From the NCBI GenBank assembly GCA_964016885.1, contig OZ024743.1, forward strand, positions 307,706,001 through 307,770,000: 64,000 nucleotides of DNA, in the 5' to 3' direction. The stretch's first letter is position 1. Every line of letters begins with the position of its first letter. Positions 52,990 to 64,000 of this stretch are shown in pieces. Both the position numbers and the translations under genes were made by a program. Source of the DNA: Eledone cirrhosa (lineage: Eukaryota). Below the pieces are notes generated by a model that was not told where the DNA came from, did no database searches, and worked only from the letters and a program-made list of their open reading frames with translations.

Positions 52990-53365
52990 AAGACCTGGTC
53001 ATCTGACCTGACATGTCTCGTAATGTGACAATCTGTCACAACTGGTCCGGCTGGATTTCCAAGCATGACCAGCCAAGCACATAGATGTTATCCAACCATC
53101 TTGCTTGGGATCTACCTCTGAGTCTTTTGCCGAGTGGTTTTGCCCGTGAAATCTGTCCAGTGATTCTTTCCTGTGACATTGTAACCATATACCCATAGTA
53201 TCGGAGCTGTGATCTCTCAAGTCTGAGAAGTAGTGAATCTACCTGGAGTGACTCTCTGATCTCTGAGTTACACACTTAATTGAGTAACGTTACTCCAAAG
53301 ACCCTTTGGAGGAATCCCATTTTGGCCGCTTGTATTTGCGATCATATTCTTTTGGTCATGACCAT
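52990..53365 (-). mobile_element. RTE-clade LINE fragment
   Basis: NSEIRESLQVDSLLLRLERSQLRYYGYMVTMSQERITGQI...GKRLRGRSQARWLDNI. Confidence 0.8.
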
Positions 53366-53606
53366 AGGCAAGGGTTGGTACAAAAACTGACTCATCCAGG
53401 CCTTAGGTAGAGGAGTCTGTTCGAAAAATATATTGCAGTCTCCATTTCATGCAGTAAAAACTGACGATGGACCTGCGACCTGTCCTGGGAGGCATGAGAT
53501 GGACGCACAAAGGTTGCGTATCCGAGACCCCAAAGAGAGTCTGGAAGGGGAGCAAAGCATAAATGATTATTGATAAAAATGATCTTAATTTTTTTTCTAT
53601 TTTTAG

Positions 53607-53793
53607 CTTGATATGTCGTTCTATTGTCCTTGACTCCAGTCAAAAGTCATCAAGTAGTCATCACAGTATGGCTGTTGACTGTTCTATTGTGTTGATGGAT
53701 GTTGTAGAATGTTTATTTGACAGAGGAAATAGCACATCTTCTTTACATGGCTTCACTTTACCTATTGATCACAAACTACCAGAATATTGTGAG
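53607..53793 (+). CDS. ATG2: ATG2 internal exon (LICRSIVLDSSQK...DCSIVLMDVVECLF...LPEYCE)
   Basis: Acceptor ctatttttag, donor gag|gtaaga, phase 2 to 0. Resembles ATG2 DMSIGQMEFLECLF...PPHYTE. Confidence 0.9.
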
Positions 53794-53813
53794 GTAAGAT
53801 TTATTATTATTAT

Positions 53814-54222
53814 GGCGGTAGATTAGCAGTATCATTAGAGCGTCAGACACTATGCTTTGCAGCATAGAGTTATGGCCCTTTACGTTCGAACTTCAAATCC
53901 TGCCGAGGTTAGCTTTGTCTTTCATCCTTAGTGTTGATAAAATAAAGTACCTGTAACGCACTGGGGTTGATATAATCGACTCTCCCCTCCTCCAAAATTG
54001 TTGGCTTTGTGCCTAAATCAGAAACCATTATTCGGTGGATTGGCAGTATCAGTAGAGGGTCGGACGCTATGCTTTGACGCATAGAGTTACGGCCCTTGCC
54101 ATTCTGAATTCAAATCCCGCCGAGGTTAACTTTGCCTTTCATCCTTACGGGGTCGATAAAATAAAGTACCAGTAATACACTGGGTAATTGCTTGCCTTGT
54201 GCCAAAAGTAGAAACAATTATT
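53814..54222 (+). mobile_element. Two head-to-tail tRNA-derived SINE copies (53814-54032 and 54033-54222)
   Basis: Both share the head, B-box and ataaaataaagtacc core of the SINE at 41711. Confidence 0.75.
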
Positions 54223-55212
54223 ATAATTACTTACCAATATTTATTCAGTATTTCCAAAATATTTCACATTTAATTAGAGAAAGTTTACCTGAAATGTTAT
54301 CTTTACTAGACAGTTTACATAATTGATATAGAAATCTGGCTTAAGAGACATAAAGAGTAAGAACGGGGGTGGGGTTACTGAATTGTTAGGGTCATTGGAA
54401 ACGGGCTTTCTTTCTCCTAGTAAAGGGCAGATTGTAAGATACTTATGCATGAATTGCAATATTGCAAGACATACTTTCAGGTCCCCAAAAATTGGGGGTG
54501 GAATAAGCAGGGAAGTTGGAATAAGTGGATGGGGGGATCAGTAATTTTTCTATTTTTCTAAAACTTGAAAGAAATGAGGTGAAGTGTGTAAAAAATGAGG
54601 AGAGGTGTGTAAAGAAATGAAGTGAAGTGTGTAATGCCATGTACAGTGTGTAATGTCGTGCAAGGTGTGTAATGTCGTGTGAGGTGTGTAATGTCGTGTG
54701 AGGTGTGTGAGGTGTGTAATGTCAACATGTATAAATAGCAAACACAATAGTGCTGTTAGTAAAACTGGGCATCTGGCGTTTATGTTGTGTCAAAGAGAAA
54801 AGACTCCCCCACTATCACTCCTTAGCTATTCTCTCCATCACTAGACCTGGTAGCACTGGTGAGTGTCACACCCACCACTTCAGAGTTTTCATCTTCATTA
54901 AAAAAAAAGGGTTGGAAGGACCCTTCAGTTGTGTCAAAGGCATGACAACTTCTCCTGTGCACTTGGTAGAATGTGAGACCATATATAAGCAAGGCGACAG
55001 ATCCATAGGTTGCCTGGGAGATCAGTAGCCACCACTTCAGTACTGACTTGGTCTATGTAGACCCATCCAACCCTTGCTAGTAGAAAAAGTGGATGTTAAA
55101 ACGATGATGATGTGATGTGATGCATATAAAAGCTATCATTGAAAGAAATAAAGATAGTGTCAATTGTTGCCTTGTTTCTGATATTTCTATATTTTTTAGA
55201 TTAATATAACAG

Positions 55213-55246
55213 TTGCAGTTTGATAATGTGTCTTCCTCATTTGGTG
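55213..55246 (+). CDS. ATG2: Possible next ATG2 micro-exon (LQFDNVSSSFG)
   Basis: Acceptor aacag after a T-rich tract, phase 0 fits, donor g|gttggt. EYCE-LQFD would parallel ATG2 YTELLTF, but the support is weak. Confidence 0.3.
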
Positions 55247-55370
55247 GTTGGTTTGTGGAATATAGGGATGGGGATTTGGTTTAATGGGAGTTATAAGTGC
55301 TGGTCAACGATTGGTTTACAGTGTTTTGTTTATGGGTTAAGGCAATCAATGATCTTATTTGTATACACAG

Positions 55371-55580
55371 GGTGGTGGACTTGCAGAATTGGTAGAGCAT
55401 CTAAAATGCTATTGTGATATTTCTTCTGGCTCTTTACATTTGAATCCTGCTGAGTTCAACTTTGATTTTTATCTTCCAGGGTCAATATAATAAAGTACCA
55501 GTTAAGTGCTGGGGTTGATTTAATCAACTTTGGCCTTCCACCAAATTTGCTGGCCCTGTGCCTAAATTTGAGGTCAATAT
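55371..55580 (+). mobile_element. Diverged tRNA-derived SINE
   Basis: gaatcctgctgagttcaactttg...gggtcaatataataaagtaccagt...gctggccctgtgcctaaa. Confidence 0.6.
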
Positions 55581-56559
55581 CATCTCTTAATGGCCATTCC
55601 AATGTAGTTACCTCCCTTGCACACATATGTTTCTTGTTGTTATGGCTCACATCTTCATTTTATCTTTGATTTTTCTATACTGGCATGGACTTGACAGGTC
55701 ATCATGGTTGACTAAACAGGTCAGAGAACCACGTTTAGCTCATGTGTTCCATTCTTAGCATGGTCTCTGCAGCTGGGTGCTCTCTTTAACACCAACCGCT
55801 CTACAAAATGTTTTAGGAGTGGGTGCATTTTATCTTGGCACCAGCACTACTGCTTTACAGAGTCTACAGGGTGCATTTTAACATAGCACCAGCACTGCCA
55901 CTGTACAGTGTATTGGGTGCACTTTATCATGGCACTAGCACTACGACTTTACAGAGTGCTGTATGTCTCATGAGACCAAGCATCTGCAACTGGAAAGATT
56001 TTTCAATGTGCATGCCTTGGCAAAAGTTTTTGTATGCAAGTCTTCCCTCTTCCTGCTACTGATGTTTTCTAAGGAAAAGGCAAAGTCTGACACATCTTGG
56101 TGTCAGTGACATCATAAGAGATCTCAGAATATAAAGAGCCTAAAGAGATACTGCAGGACATCATGTTTGATACATTAACAATTCCTCCAATCCACTATCC
56201 TCGACTGGGTATTTATCTACCCTGAAAGGATAAAGGGAATTACAGTGAAATTTGAAATTAGAGTTATTTGTATTCAAACATTTTAAACTAAACATCAACT
56301 CAGTAGATCATATGCAATTCCAATCATTAAAAGTCCTGATCAATCACTCTCTATCTTTAACTGACATGCAGTATTACACTTATTGCTCATGCTTGATGTG
56401 TATTAACCCTTTTGATACACAAAACACCTGAAACCACCTGCAATTCTACAATACAAAGCTAGTTGTTTTAAATCCATATATTTATTTCAAAACCTTTATC
56501 TAAGAACTTTTGTTAAGTTATGCTATAAACACCAGCTAATAAAAAGAAATATAATAAGT

Positions 56560-57225
56560 GAACAGTGTATGAGTCATGATACACACACACACACTCATGC
56601 GTGCATGTGTATGGAGGAGGAATATCAGGTGGAATGTTGGCAAATTTTAGGAAGCATGGAAGTTTTGAAGGATGCAGTGTCCTGACTGCTAACAACCAAT
56701 ACAGGTAGTTTGTTCCATGCTTCAGCAACTCTGAGCATGAAAAAATGTTTCCAGAAGTTATGGGAGCTATACTGTTTTCTGATTGTGTAAGCATGTCCAT
56801 GGGTGTTAGACATATGGAATACAAAAAAGTGCTCAGAGTTGTTGTTGGAAAGCTGGTTAATAATCTTGTGAGTGTCTACCAAGTCAGTTGCCAGACGTCA
56901 GAGCTCTAATGTATCCATGTCCAGGGAAGCAAGGCATTCAGAGTATGGTAGATGACTGATGGAGGTTATTTGTTTGGTTGCATGTTTCTGAACAGTTTCC
57001 AGATCAATATTCTGAGCAAGATAGGGGTTCCAGACTGGTGTTGCAAATTATAAGTGTGGACGCGCCATAGCTTTATACTGCTTTAGATAGATAGCTACAG
57101 TGTAGCTGACAAAGGTTTTAATGAGTGATGTTAAGGCACCCGCGGCCTTCTTGACAATTTTAGAAATGTACTTGTCTAACGCAAATTGCTGTTGACAGTA
57201 ATGCCCAGGTCATGTTCACAAGTTA
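56560..57225 (-). mobile_element. CR1-clade LINE, decayed RT C-terminus
   Basis: Minus strand reads EHDLGITV...MARPHL*FATPVWNPYL...RLATDLVDTHKII...FFMLRVAEAWNKLP. Confidence 0.85.
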
Positions 57226-57982
57226 GTTATATTACTAAATCCCTCCTAATTTTTCAAAGTTATTTGAAAAACATGGGCAATGTCTTTCATTAAAAAATAT
57301 GGCAATGAAAGGGTTATTTTTTAAACTTTCCATCATAATTTTATGCAAGTACCTTTGTTATATTATGTGTCAAACACTAGCTTAATAATAAGGAATTTAG
57401 TTATATAAATAAAATTCTTGATTATTTTCTAAATTGTTTAAAAATCATTAAGGACAGTGTCATTCATGAGAATTATGGTTAAAAAGTGTTAAACAAAGGA
57501 ATAGTAAAAAACAAATACAAATCAATATTTTTCAACATATTTCTCCTTTTTATTTTTTCTTTCAAACAAATATTTTGTAAACAGTTTTATTTGCTTTGTC
57601 ATTCTTTATTATTTTTTCATAATTTCTCTTTTTCTCTTTTTTCATAAAAATAATTCCTTTACTTTTGTATATATAATATTTATTTAATCTTTTACACCCT
57701 ATAATGATCTAGCAGAAAATATCTAAAAACTGGTTTGTTAATTCAAATATTTAAAAATTTGCAGTATTAGTTTTTAATGTGATGCAGTAATGTGATTTGT
57801 ACTTTTCAAGAATATCTTAATGTAGTTTGTTAAGAGTTTATAAATAAAAACAATTCATAGCTCTGATTAAATATTTTTGTATGAAACAATGTATTTATAT
57901 GAAGGGTAAAATCTAGGATATAATAAAATTGATATTGGTCTTTGTTGGCAAGTTTTAGCCCCTAGAGTTCTTAGAAACATTA

Positions 57983-58130
57983 AATAAGGCACAGACATGG
58001 CTGTGTGATTAAGGAGTTTCCTTCAGAAATATTCAGTAAGACACAGACATGACTGTGTGATTAAGGAGTTTCCCTCAGAAATATTCAATAAGGTACAGAC
58101 ATGGCTGTGTGATTAAGGAGTATACTTCAT
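57983..58130. repeat. Three copies of a ~52-bp unit
   Basis: cacagacatggctgtgtgattaaggagtttcc.tcagaaatattca.taag repeated three times. Confidence 0.85.
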
Positions 58131-58507
58131 AGTCAAGTGGTTTCTGGTTTGGTTTCACAATGTGACACATTGAGCAAGTGTCTTCTATTAGATGAAAACT
58201 GTGGTTTAATGGTTAGAGCATTGAACTCACAATCGTAAGGTTTGAGTTTGAATCCCAGACCAGGTGATGCATTGTGTTCTTGAGCAAGACACTGTATTTC
58301 AAGTTGTTCCAGTTCATTCAACTGTTGAAATGAGTTGTGATGTCACTGGTGCCAAGCTGTATCAGCCATTGCCTTTCTCTTGGACTACACAGGTGGCATG
58401 GAGAGAGGATACTTGTATCCATAGGCGACTGCTGGTCTTCCACAAACACACCTTGCCTGAAAATGTTCTGTCCAACCCATGCTGGCATAGAAATGGCAAT
58501 GTATAAA

Positions 58508-58698
58508 TGATAATTGTTTCTACTTTAGGCACAAGGCCAGCAATTATCCAGTACATTACTGGTACTTTATTTTATCGACCCCGTAAGGATGAAAGGCAAA
58601 GTTAACCTCGGCGGGATTTGAACTCAGACTGTAAAGGGACGTAACTATGCTAGAAAGCATGGCGTCCAACCCTCTACCGATACTGCCAATTCACCGCC
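58508..58698 (-). mobile_element. tRNA-derived SINE, inverted relative to the copies at 41711 and 54033
   Basis: Reverse complement of the same SINE (ggtactttattttatcgacccc...gcaaagttaacctcggcgggatttgaactc). Confidence 0.8.
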
Positions 58699-59194
58699 CT
58701 TGTATAAATGATAATAATCTGTGTTTGTCTGTTTACATTTACTGTCTGTTTTTGCAGGCACCATGACAAGTTTCTCCATTTTACCTATCATCAGCCCCTC
58801 TCCCCCCAGTCTCTCATTTCCTATTTCTCTACTTCCCTTCGCATTCATTTTTATTACTTTTCAAACCCAGTCACTTTCATCCTTCAACACATGACCTAGC
58901 CATCTCACTCCATTTTTCTTCACAGCATTCGGAGGCGGCAACTATAAGGGTTGGTGTCAGGAAGGGCATCTGACTGTAAAACTTAGCTTTTTCCCTCAAA
59001 AAGGACCCCATGATGTGTATGATTGCATATGAAGCAATGCATCATTTTATAAAATTCTGTATATTATAACATTTAATGATGAAATATATTTCAAAATTAA
59101 ATTTTCTTTTGTAATAGTAAAATTTGTAGACTTTGATATATTTGCAGATTACTGAAACTAATAGGAAATAATTCCAAAATGTTTGTACAGAATT

Positions 59195-61363
59195 TTAAAT
59201 GATTGTTGGCTCACTGTCAGCCAAATATCGGTGTACGTTAACATAGTGAGGTTGTTGTTTTTTATCAGTATTATTATTATAAAATACTGGTGATTGGGGC
59301 AATGGTTTGTTATCATAGGTCATTATTTGCCTGTTATACGGAAGATTATTTACACATAAATCTTCTAAATGTTCTTTCTTCTCATCATAGTTTTGTGCAT
59401 TTGGAATATTAGCATATTGAGGAAGAGTCTTTGTTTGGATTTCTTCATAGGTATGATCAGGTTTGAAACTGGGATTATCCCAATATAGGTAGCTTATAGG
59501 ACGAAGTTGGTCATGGGCTACTACAGGAACAGTTGGAGTATTAGTTTTGTCATTTGGCTTATTTTTTTCATCATATCTACTTGCTGGTGTGAAATGATCT
59601 TGTGGCTTTTCTGGACTCTTAGGTTCCTCATAAGTATTTTGTTTGTTCTGTTTGTGTTGTCTGTATAGTAGAAAGAGTAAAATAACAAGGACTAAAACTG
59701 AAACAGACACTCCAACTCCAATTACTATTTCTTTTGTATGTTTGTTGTTAGTGATTAGACTGCTAGGCTGTTCTTTTGGGCGTAGAGTTCCACAGGCATC
59801 AATCAAATTACTTTTGGCAGTCACATTAACAATAATACAAACATGTAAAATTGAGTGAGGGTTTAGATAATAGTATGTGTAAAATTGTGTTGATTTATGT
59901 ATTGGTATTAATGTTTTATTACTTTCTTGGTTAGGAAATATTTCCAGAATTTCTAAAATGAAATCTTTTACCCAAAACAGATCTGATATTTTCCATGATA
60001 TTTTAACAACTCTTGGCAGCACTCTCTCAAGCTTAATTGAAATATTTGGTCTTTCAAATGATTTTAGAGATATATGAACTGAACTTGTTTCTAGTTTAGT
60101 TCGGGATGATAATGTATCCTCATCATATAATACATTATCTCTTACACCAAAGTCCTCACAATCTGTTTTACTTTTTTTTAATTCACAATTTAAATCTGTA
60201 GAATAAATTATTTCTTTACCATTCATACCATGGCACCACCAGTTTTTAAAATAGAAATAGTTGTCATTGGATTTGTTAATAGATTCTTGCATCAAAATTT
60301 GAAGCCAGTGAAGAGAACAGTTACATATCAGTTTGTTGTTAGTGAGATCTATATGGAAAGCTCTAGTTTTTGGCCAGTTGAAATTATTAAATACACATTC
60401 ATCTATAACTTGAAGCTGGTTGTTAATGAGTTCAATATATTCTAAACAGTTTTGTAGACCTTCAAATGCACCTTCTTCTAAAGTTTGTATTCTGTTGTCA
60501 TTTAGTTTTATAACTTCCAGTTTTAAGTTATGTTCAAATGCAAATACAGGAATTTTTTCTAGATTACATTTAGAAAGATCCAGGAATTCCAAATGTGGTA
60601 ATGTTCTAATTGCTGCCCAAAGATCTGTATCATTAAAATTATTGCCTTTTAATGATAACCTTTTCAGTGTTCCACTGGTATTTCTTAGCCATTTTATTTC
60701 CATAGTTTCTGTTAGTTTTTGATTATCTAGATATAAAATTTCCAAAAGGGGTATATTTAGAAATATATCTCCAGATAGACTTTTAATTCTATTGTCAATC
60801 AAACTGAGGCTTCTAAGTTTCGGAAGATTTTTAAAATGCTTTAAATTATCTTCAGTGAAATATCGAATCCTATTATTTCTTAAAGAAAGTTTTGTCAATT
60901 TAGTTAGGTTGATAGAAGTAAAATTGTTTAAATCTTCATTGATATAGAAATTTTCAATTTCAAGAGTTTCTAGGTTGTGCAAGTTTTGTATAGCTGTAAA
61001 ATCAGTAATTGCAGTTCGATTTGTTGTTGAGAGCTCTAAGGTTTTCAAGACATCTTCTTGTCCAAAAAATGCATTTTTGTCAATAGTTGTCAATGGACTA
61101 CCAATTATTGACAAATGCTCAATTTGAATATTATTGAAAACATTCTCCTCTAGAATATGTAGATTTGTTCTCAGAAAATATAACTTATATGTACCATTGA
61201 GCTGTTCAAAGTTTAAGTGTTTGTTTTGTAAATTAATATCCCTGCAGAAAATTTGGTGGTTTTCATTTTTGCAATTTTGTTTGACATAAAATATGTCCTT
61301 GAGAGCTAAAGCCGTTACCTGGAATTGTAATATCCAAATTAGACAAAATTGGCTGGACATCAT
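59195..61363 (-). CDS. Leucine-rich-repeat, FN3-like, single-pass transmembrane receptor (722 aa), single coding exon
   Basis: Uninterrupted ORF. Signal-peptide-like MMSSQFCLIWILQFQVTALA, about ten LxxLxLxxN repeats, LRRCT (NKLICNCSLHWL...C...C), FN3-like segment (VKISW...LNPHSILHVCI), TM IVIGVGVSVSVLVLVILLFLLY, Tyr-rich tail. Acceptor ttttttttacag lies 10 nt upstream of the ATG. Confidence 0.92.
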   Translation of the reverse strand: MMSSQFCLIWILQFQVTALALKDIFYVKQNCKNENHQIFCRDINLQNKHLNFEQLNGTYKLYFLRTNLHILEENVFNNIQIEHLSIIGSPLTTIDKNAFFGQEDVLKTLELSTTNRTAITDFTAIQNLHNLETLEIENFYINEDLNNFTSINLTKLTKLSLRNNRIRYFTEDNLKHFKNLPKLRSLSLIDNRIKSLSGDIFLNIPLLEILYLDNQKLTETMEIKWLRNTSGTLKRLSLKGNNFNDTDLWAAIRTLPHLEFLDLSKCNLEKIPVFAFEHNLKLEVIKLNDNRIQTLEEGAFEGLQNCLEYIELINNQLQVIDECVFNNFNWPKTRAFHIDLTNNKLICNCSLHWLQILMQESINKSNDNYFYFKNWWCHGMNGKEIIYSTDLNCELKKSKTDCEDFGVRDNVLYDEDTLSSRTKLETSSVHISLKSFERPNISIKLERVLPRVVKISWKISDLFWVKDFILEILEIFPNQESNKTLIPIHKSTQFYTYYYLNPHSILHVCIIVNVTAKSNLIDACGTLRPKEQPSSLITNNKHTKEIVIGVGVSVSVLVLVILLFLLYRQHKQNKQNTYEEPKSPEKPQDHFTPASRYDEKNKPNDKTNTPTVPVVAHDQLRPISYLYWDNPSFKPDHTYEEIQTKTLPQYANIPNAQNYDEKKEHLEDLCVNNLPYNRQIMTYDNKPLPQSPVFYNNNTDKKQQPHYVNVHRYLADSEPTII

Positions 61364-63751
61364 GTTGTGTGAGCTGTAAAAAAAAGTATGAATATTCAAA
61401 GAAATAATATGGTGAATATATTTATAGAGGTGGAATATTTACTTATTCAAAATTAGCTAACATGTTATCAAACTTAGAATATACAGGGTGAGCATAAAGT
61501 CTTTCTCAGATTATATCTGATATACTATTTAAGATTTCACCTTTTCATTGTTTTACTTTATAAATTTCAAGTTTAAGGTTTTTCTGAACAGGTTTTATCT
61601 TTTCTCTTCTATAGGAAGTATTTGTAATTTTCAGTAACAAAATGGCATCTTGTTTATGTTTTGCTTAATGAATGTTTATAATCAGGGAAAGACTTTATAT
61701 TGGTTATAATGTATTGGTTATAATGTATAGATTTATATGTATTATAATGTAATTAACTGACTAATTAGTTAAATTGCTAAAAGAAATCATTATTGTACTG
61801 GCTATATGAAATGCATTTATTATTTTGTATTTTTCTGCATTGATGCATTTGGATAAAACATGTAAAAGAGTAGAGATATTTCCATACAGAATAACAAGGG
61901 TATAATATCTTATTCCTGATCAATATGTTGTTTAAATAATGTACTAGTAATGAATAATTCAGGAATTAGGTAAACAAGGAATCTAAGATACTCAATGTAT
62001 TGGAAGTATTTGTTAGAAATCCTGATAGAATATTTTGATGAGAGTAACATAAGTAGTGTTGTTTCTAATCATTGTTTCCACTTACAGCAGAGTATAAAAC
62101 ATGAACATATTTCAATTAGTATTTGAGAATGTTCATGATCTCTTTTTTGGAACAAATTACTTCCTATGAGAGGTCAGTCTGCTGAAGAAAGATATTTACT
62201 ATCTGCTGAGGAAAGATGTATATATACTATCTGCTGGTCATAACTCCTTGACCACTTTTCTAGAGCCAGGAGGCTGGATTTCAACTGAGAATGCATAGAG
62301 CTGGAACATCTACCAGAAAGCATCCGATCTGACTCTTTAGCAATTTCGTCAATCCACAGCCACTGGACCAATCCTTTATTCAACTCCAAAAGGATGAAAG
62401 AAAAAGTTGACCTCAGCAGAATTGGAACTTCGAGTGCAGAAGGTTGGAAGAAATACAGAGGCATTTAATCTGATGCTCTACCCACTCTGCAAATTTCTTG
62501 TGTTATATATGTGTGATAGCTAGTCTTAACATTTAGAATAGAGAAACAATAAATTCTCATCTTTGGGAAGTCAATTGGTATTAAATTTTGGACAAATGAT
62601 ACTATGCTTTCTAGCCTCTTAATCAGTTATAAAATCCTCCCCACTTTGTGAATCTTCTAGAAATGAAAAAAAGCTAAAGAAATAAACCACCCACAAAAGA
62701 CTTCCTAAGGTTCTTTTAGGCACTATTTATTTTTCTTTGGCAATCTGTTATCAATCTATTGCCTATTCTTAACAGTTATTTTCTTACTCCCAAACATATC
62801 TATATGAGCAAGATGTAGTGACCTTACCTGTCTAGCTTCATAGTATCACAACTCATCTAACCCATGCAAGCATGGAAAACAGACATTAAAGGGTAATAAT
62901 AATGAAATACAACAAAACTCCTACTGTAATTTTGACTTCATTACCCATAAGCTGAATGTATATATATATTGTTTGATACTTTATCCATTTCCCAGCAGAG
63001 CTGTTCTGCTAGAGAATGGGGCGCAGGTGGCGGATAGTAATACAGCCACCAGATATGGTTAAGTTGCAATATAAGTGGGCTCCTGCCAGATAAATATGTA
63101 ACCCAGACCAACAGTGATAAATTACTAGGGGAGATGGAGCAATGGGTGACACTGTTAGCTCTCAAGAAAACTCGCACAACCTAGTGATGCAGCTATGATT
63201 AGGTGAATAAAATGTTGTGGCTCTGGTACTGTAGATTTGGATGGAGATAGAAATTCCACTATTCAGGTGTGATGCAAGTATGATGAGAATGAAAAAAAAA
63301 AATAAAAGCAATTGTTTAATTTCGTTGAAATAAATATATATGTATTTTTTCATTAACAAGACTGTAGATTATTTGATTAACCAATGTTTCTTTACTTGAA
63401 TAATATATATATATATATATATATATATCATTTCATTTCATTTCATTTTTATGTCCACTTTTCCCTGCTTGCAAGAGTGGGACGGGAACTGATACTGGCT
63501 TGATTTCTACAGCTGGATGCCCTTCCTAACACCAACCTCATTTACAGTGAGTGCTGGGTGCTTTTTTTGCCGTGGCACCTCCACGACCACTTTGCAGTGG
63601 AATGATAGGGACCTCAGTCTCTATCATGTCATTTCTACAGCTGAGTAAACAGGAACAATGTGAAATAAAGTTTCTTGCTCAAGGAAACAACACATCACCT
63701 GGTCCGAGAATTGAACTCACAACCTTTCGATTGCAACCACTAAGCCATATG

Positions 63752-63864
<113 letters not shown>

Positions 63865-63892
63865 TGTTATACTTTGGGAGGGTCATGTTGCA

Positions 63893-64000
63893 AATAAGAA
63901 ACACACGCACCAGTTGCTTTCACTTCAATTTATTATAATAAATTTATAAATTTATTATAATAAATTGAAGTGAAAGCAACTGGTGCGTGTGTTTCTTATT
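63893..64000. repeat. Perfect spacer-less palindrome, at least 108 bp, truncated by the window end
   Basis: 63893-63946 is the exact reverse complement of 63947-64000. Confidence 0.95.

Noticed and set aside
58758-58895. Candidate ATG2 exon after ttttgcag
   Set aside because: It has no ATG2-like peptide or clear donor, and the downstream part matches a dispersed repeat also seen near 43175-43220.
61364-61399. ORF-track N-terminal extension MNIHTFFYSSHN of the LRR protein
   Set aside because: It uses a non-ATG start and overlaps a polypyrimidine tract and acceptor. The ATG at 61363 gives a proper signal peptide.

Overview
Eukaryotic, AT-rich, TE-dense genomic DNA. The SINE/RTE repertoire suggests a mollusc, probably an octopod, but this is inference. 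Positions 1-40787 are one uninterrupted tandem array of about 700 copies of a 59/56-bp unit with kb-scale higher-order duplications. All the long minus-strand ORFs there are repeat artefacts. The unit aligns without gaps to an internal segment of an RTE-clade LINE ORF, and the rest of that LINE continues directly after the last unit (40788-41110), so the array appears to have grown out of a LINE. Positions 42091-53793 hold six phase-compatible + strand exons of an ATG2 (autophagy lipid-transfer) gene. They are internal exons, so the array probably lies in an ATG2 intron. One ATG2 exon end plus its splice donor is tandemly amplified six times, creating potential in-frame 36-nt micro-exons. A 5'-truncated Penelope-like element with inverted arms and a hammerhead-like motif sits 35 nt after another exon. 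An LRR-FN3-TM receptor gene with an intronless CDS and a tyrosine-rich tail lies antisense at 59195-61363, probably nested in an ATG2 intron. A perfect spacer-less palindrome runs off the right edge.
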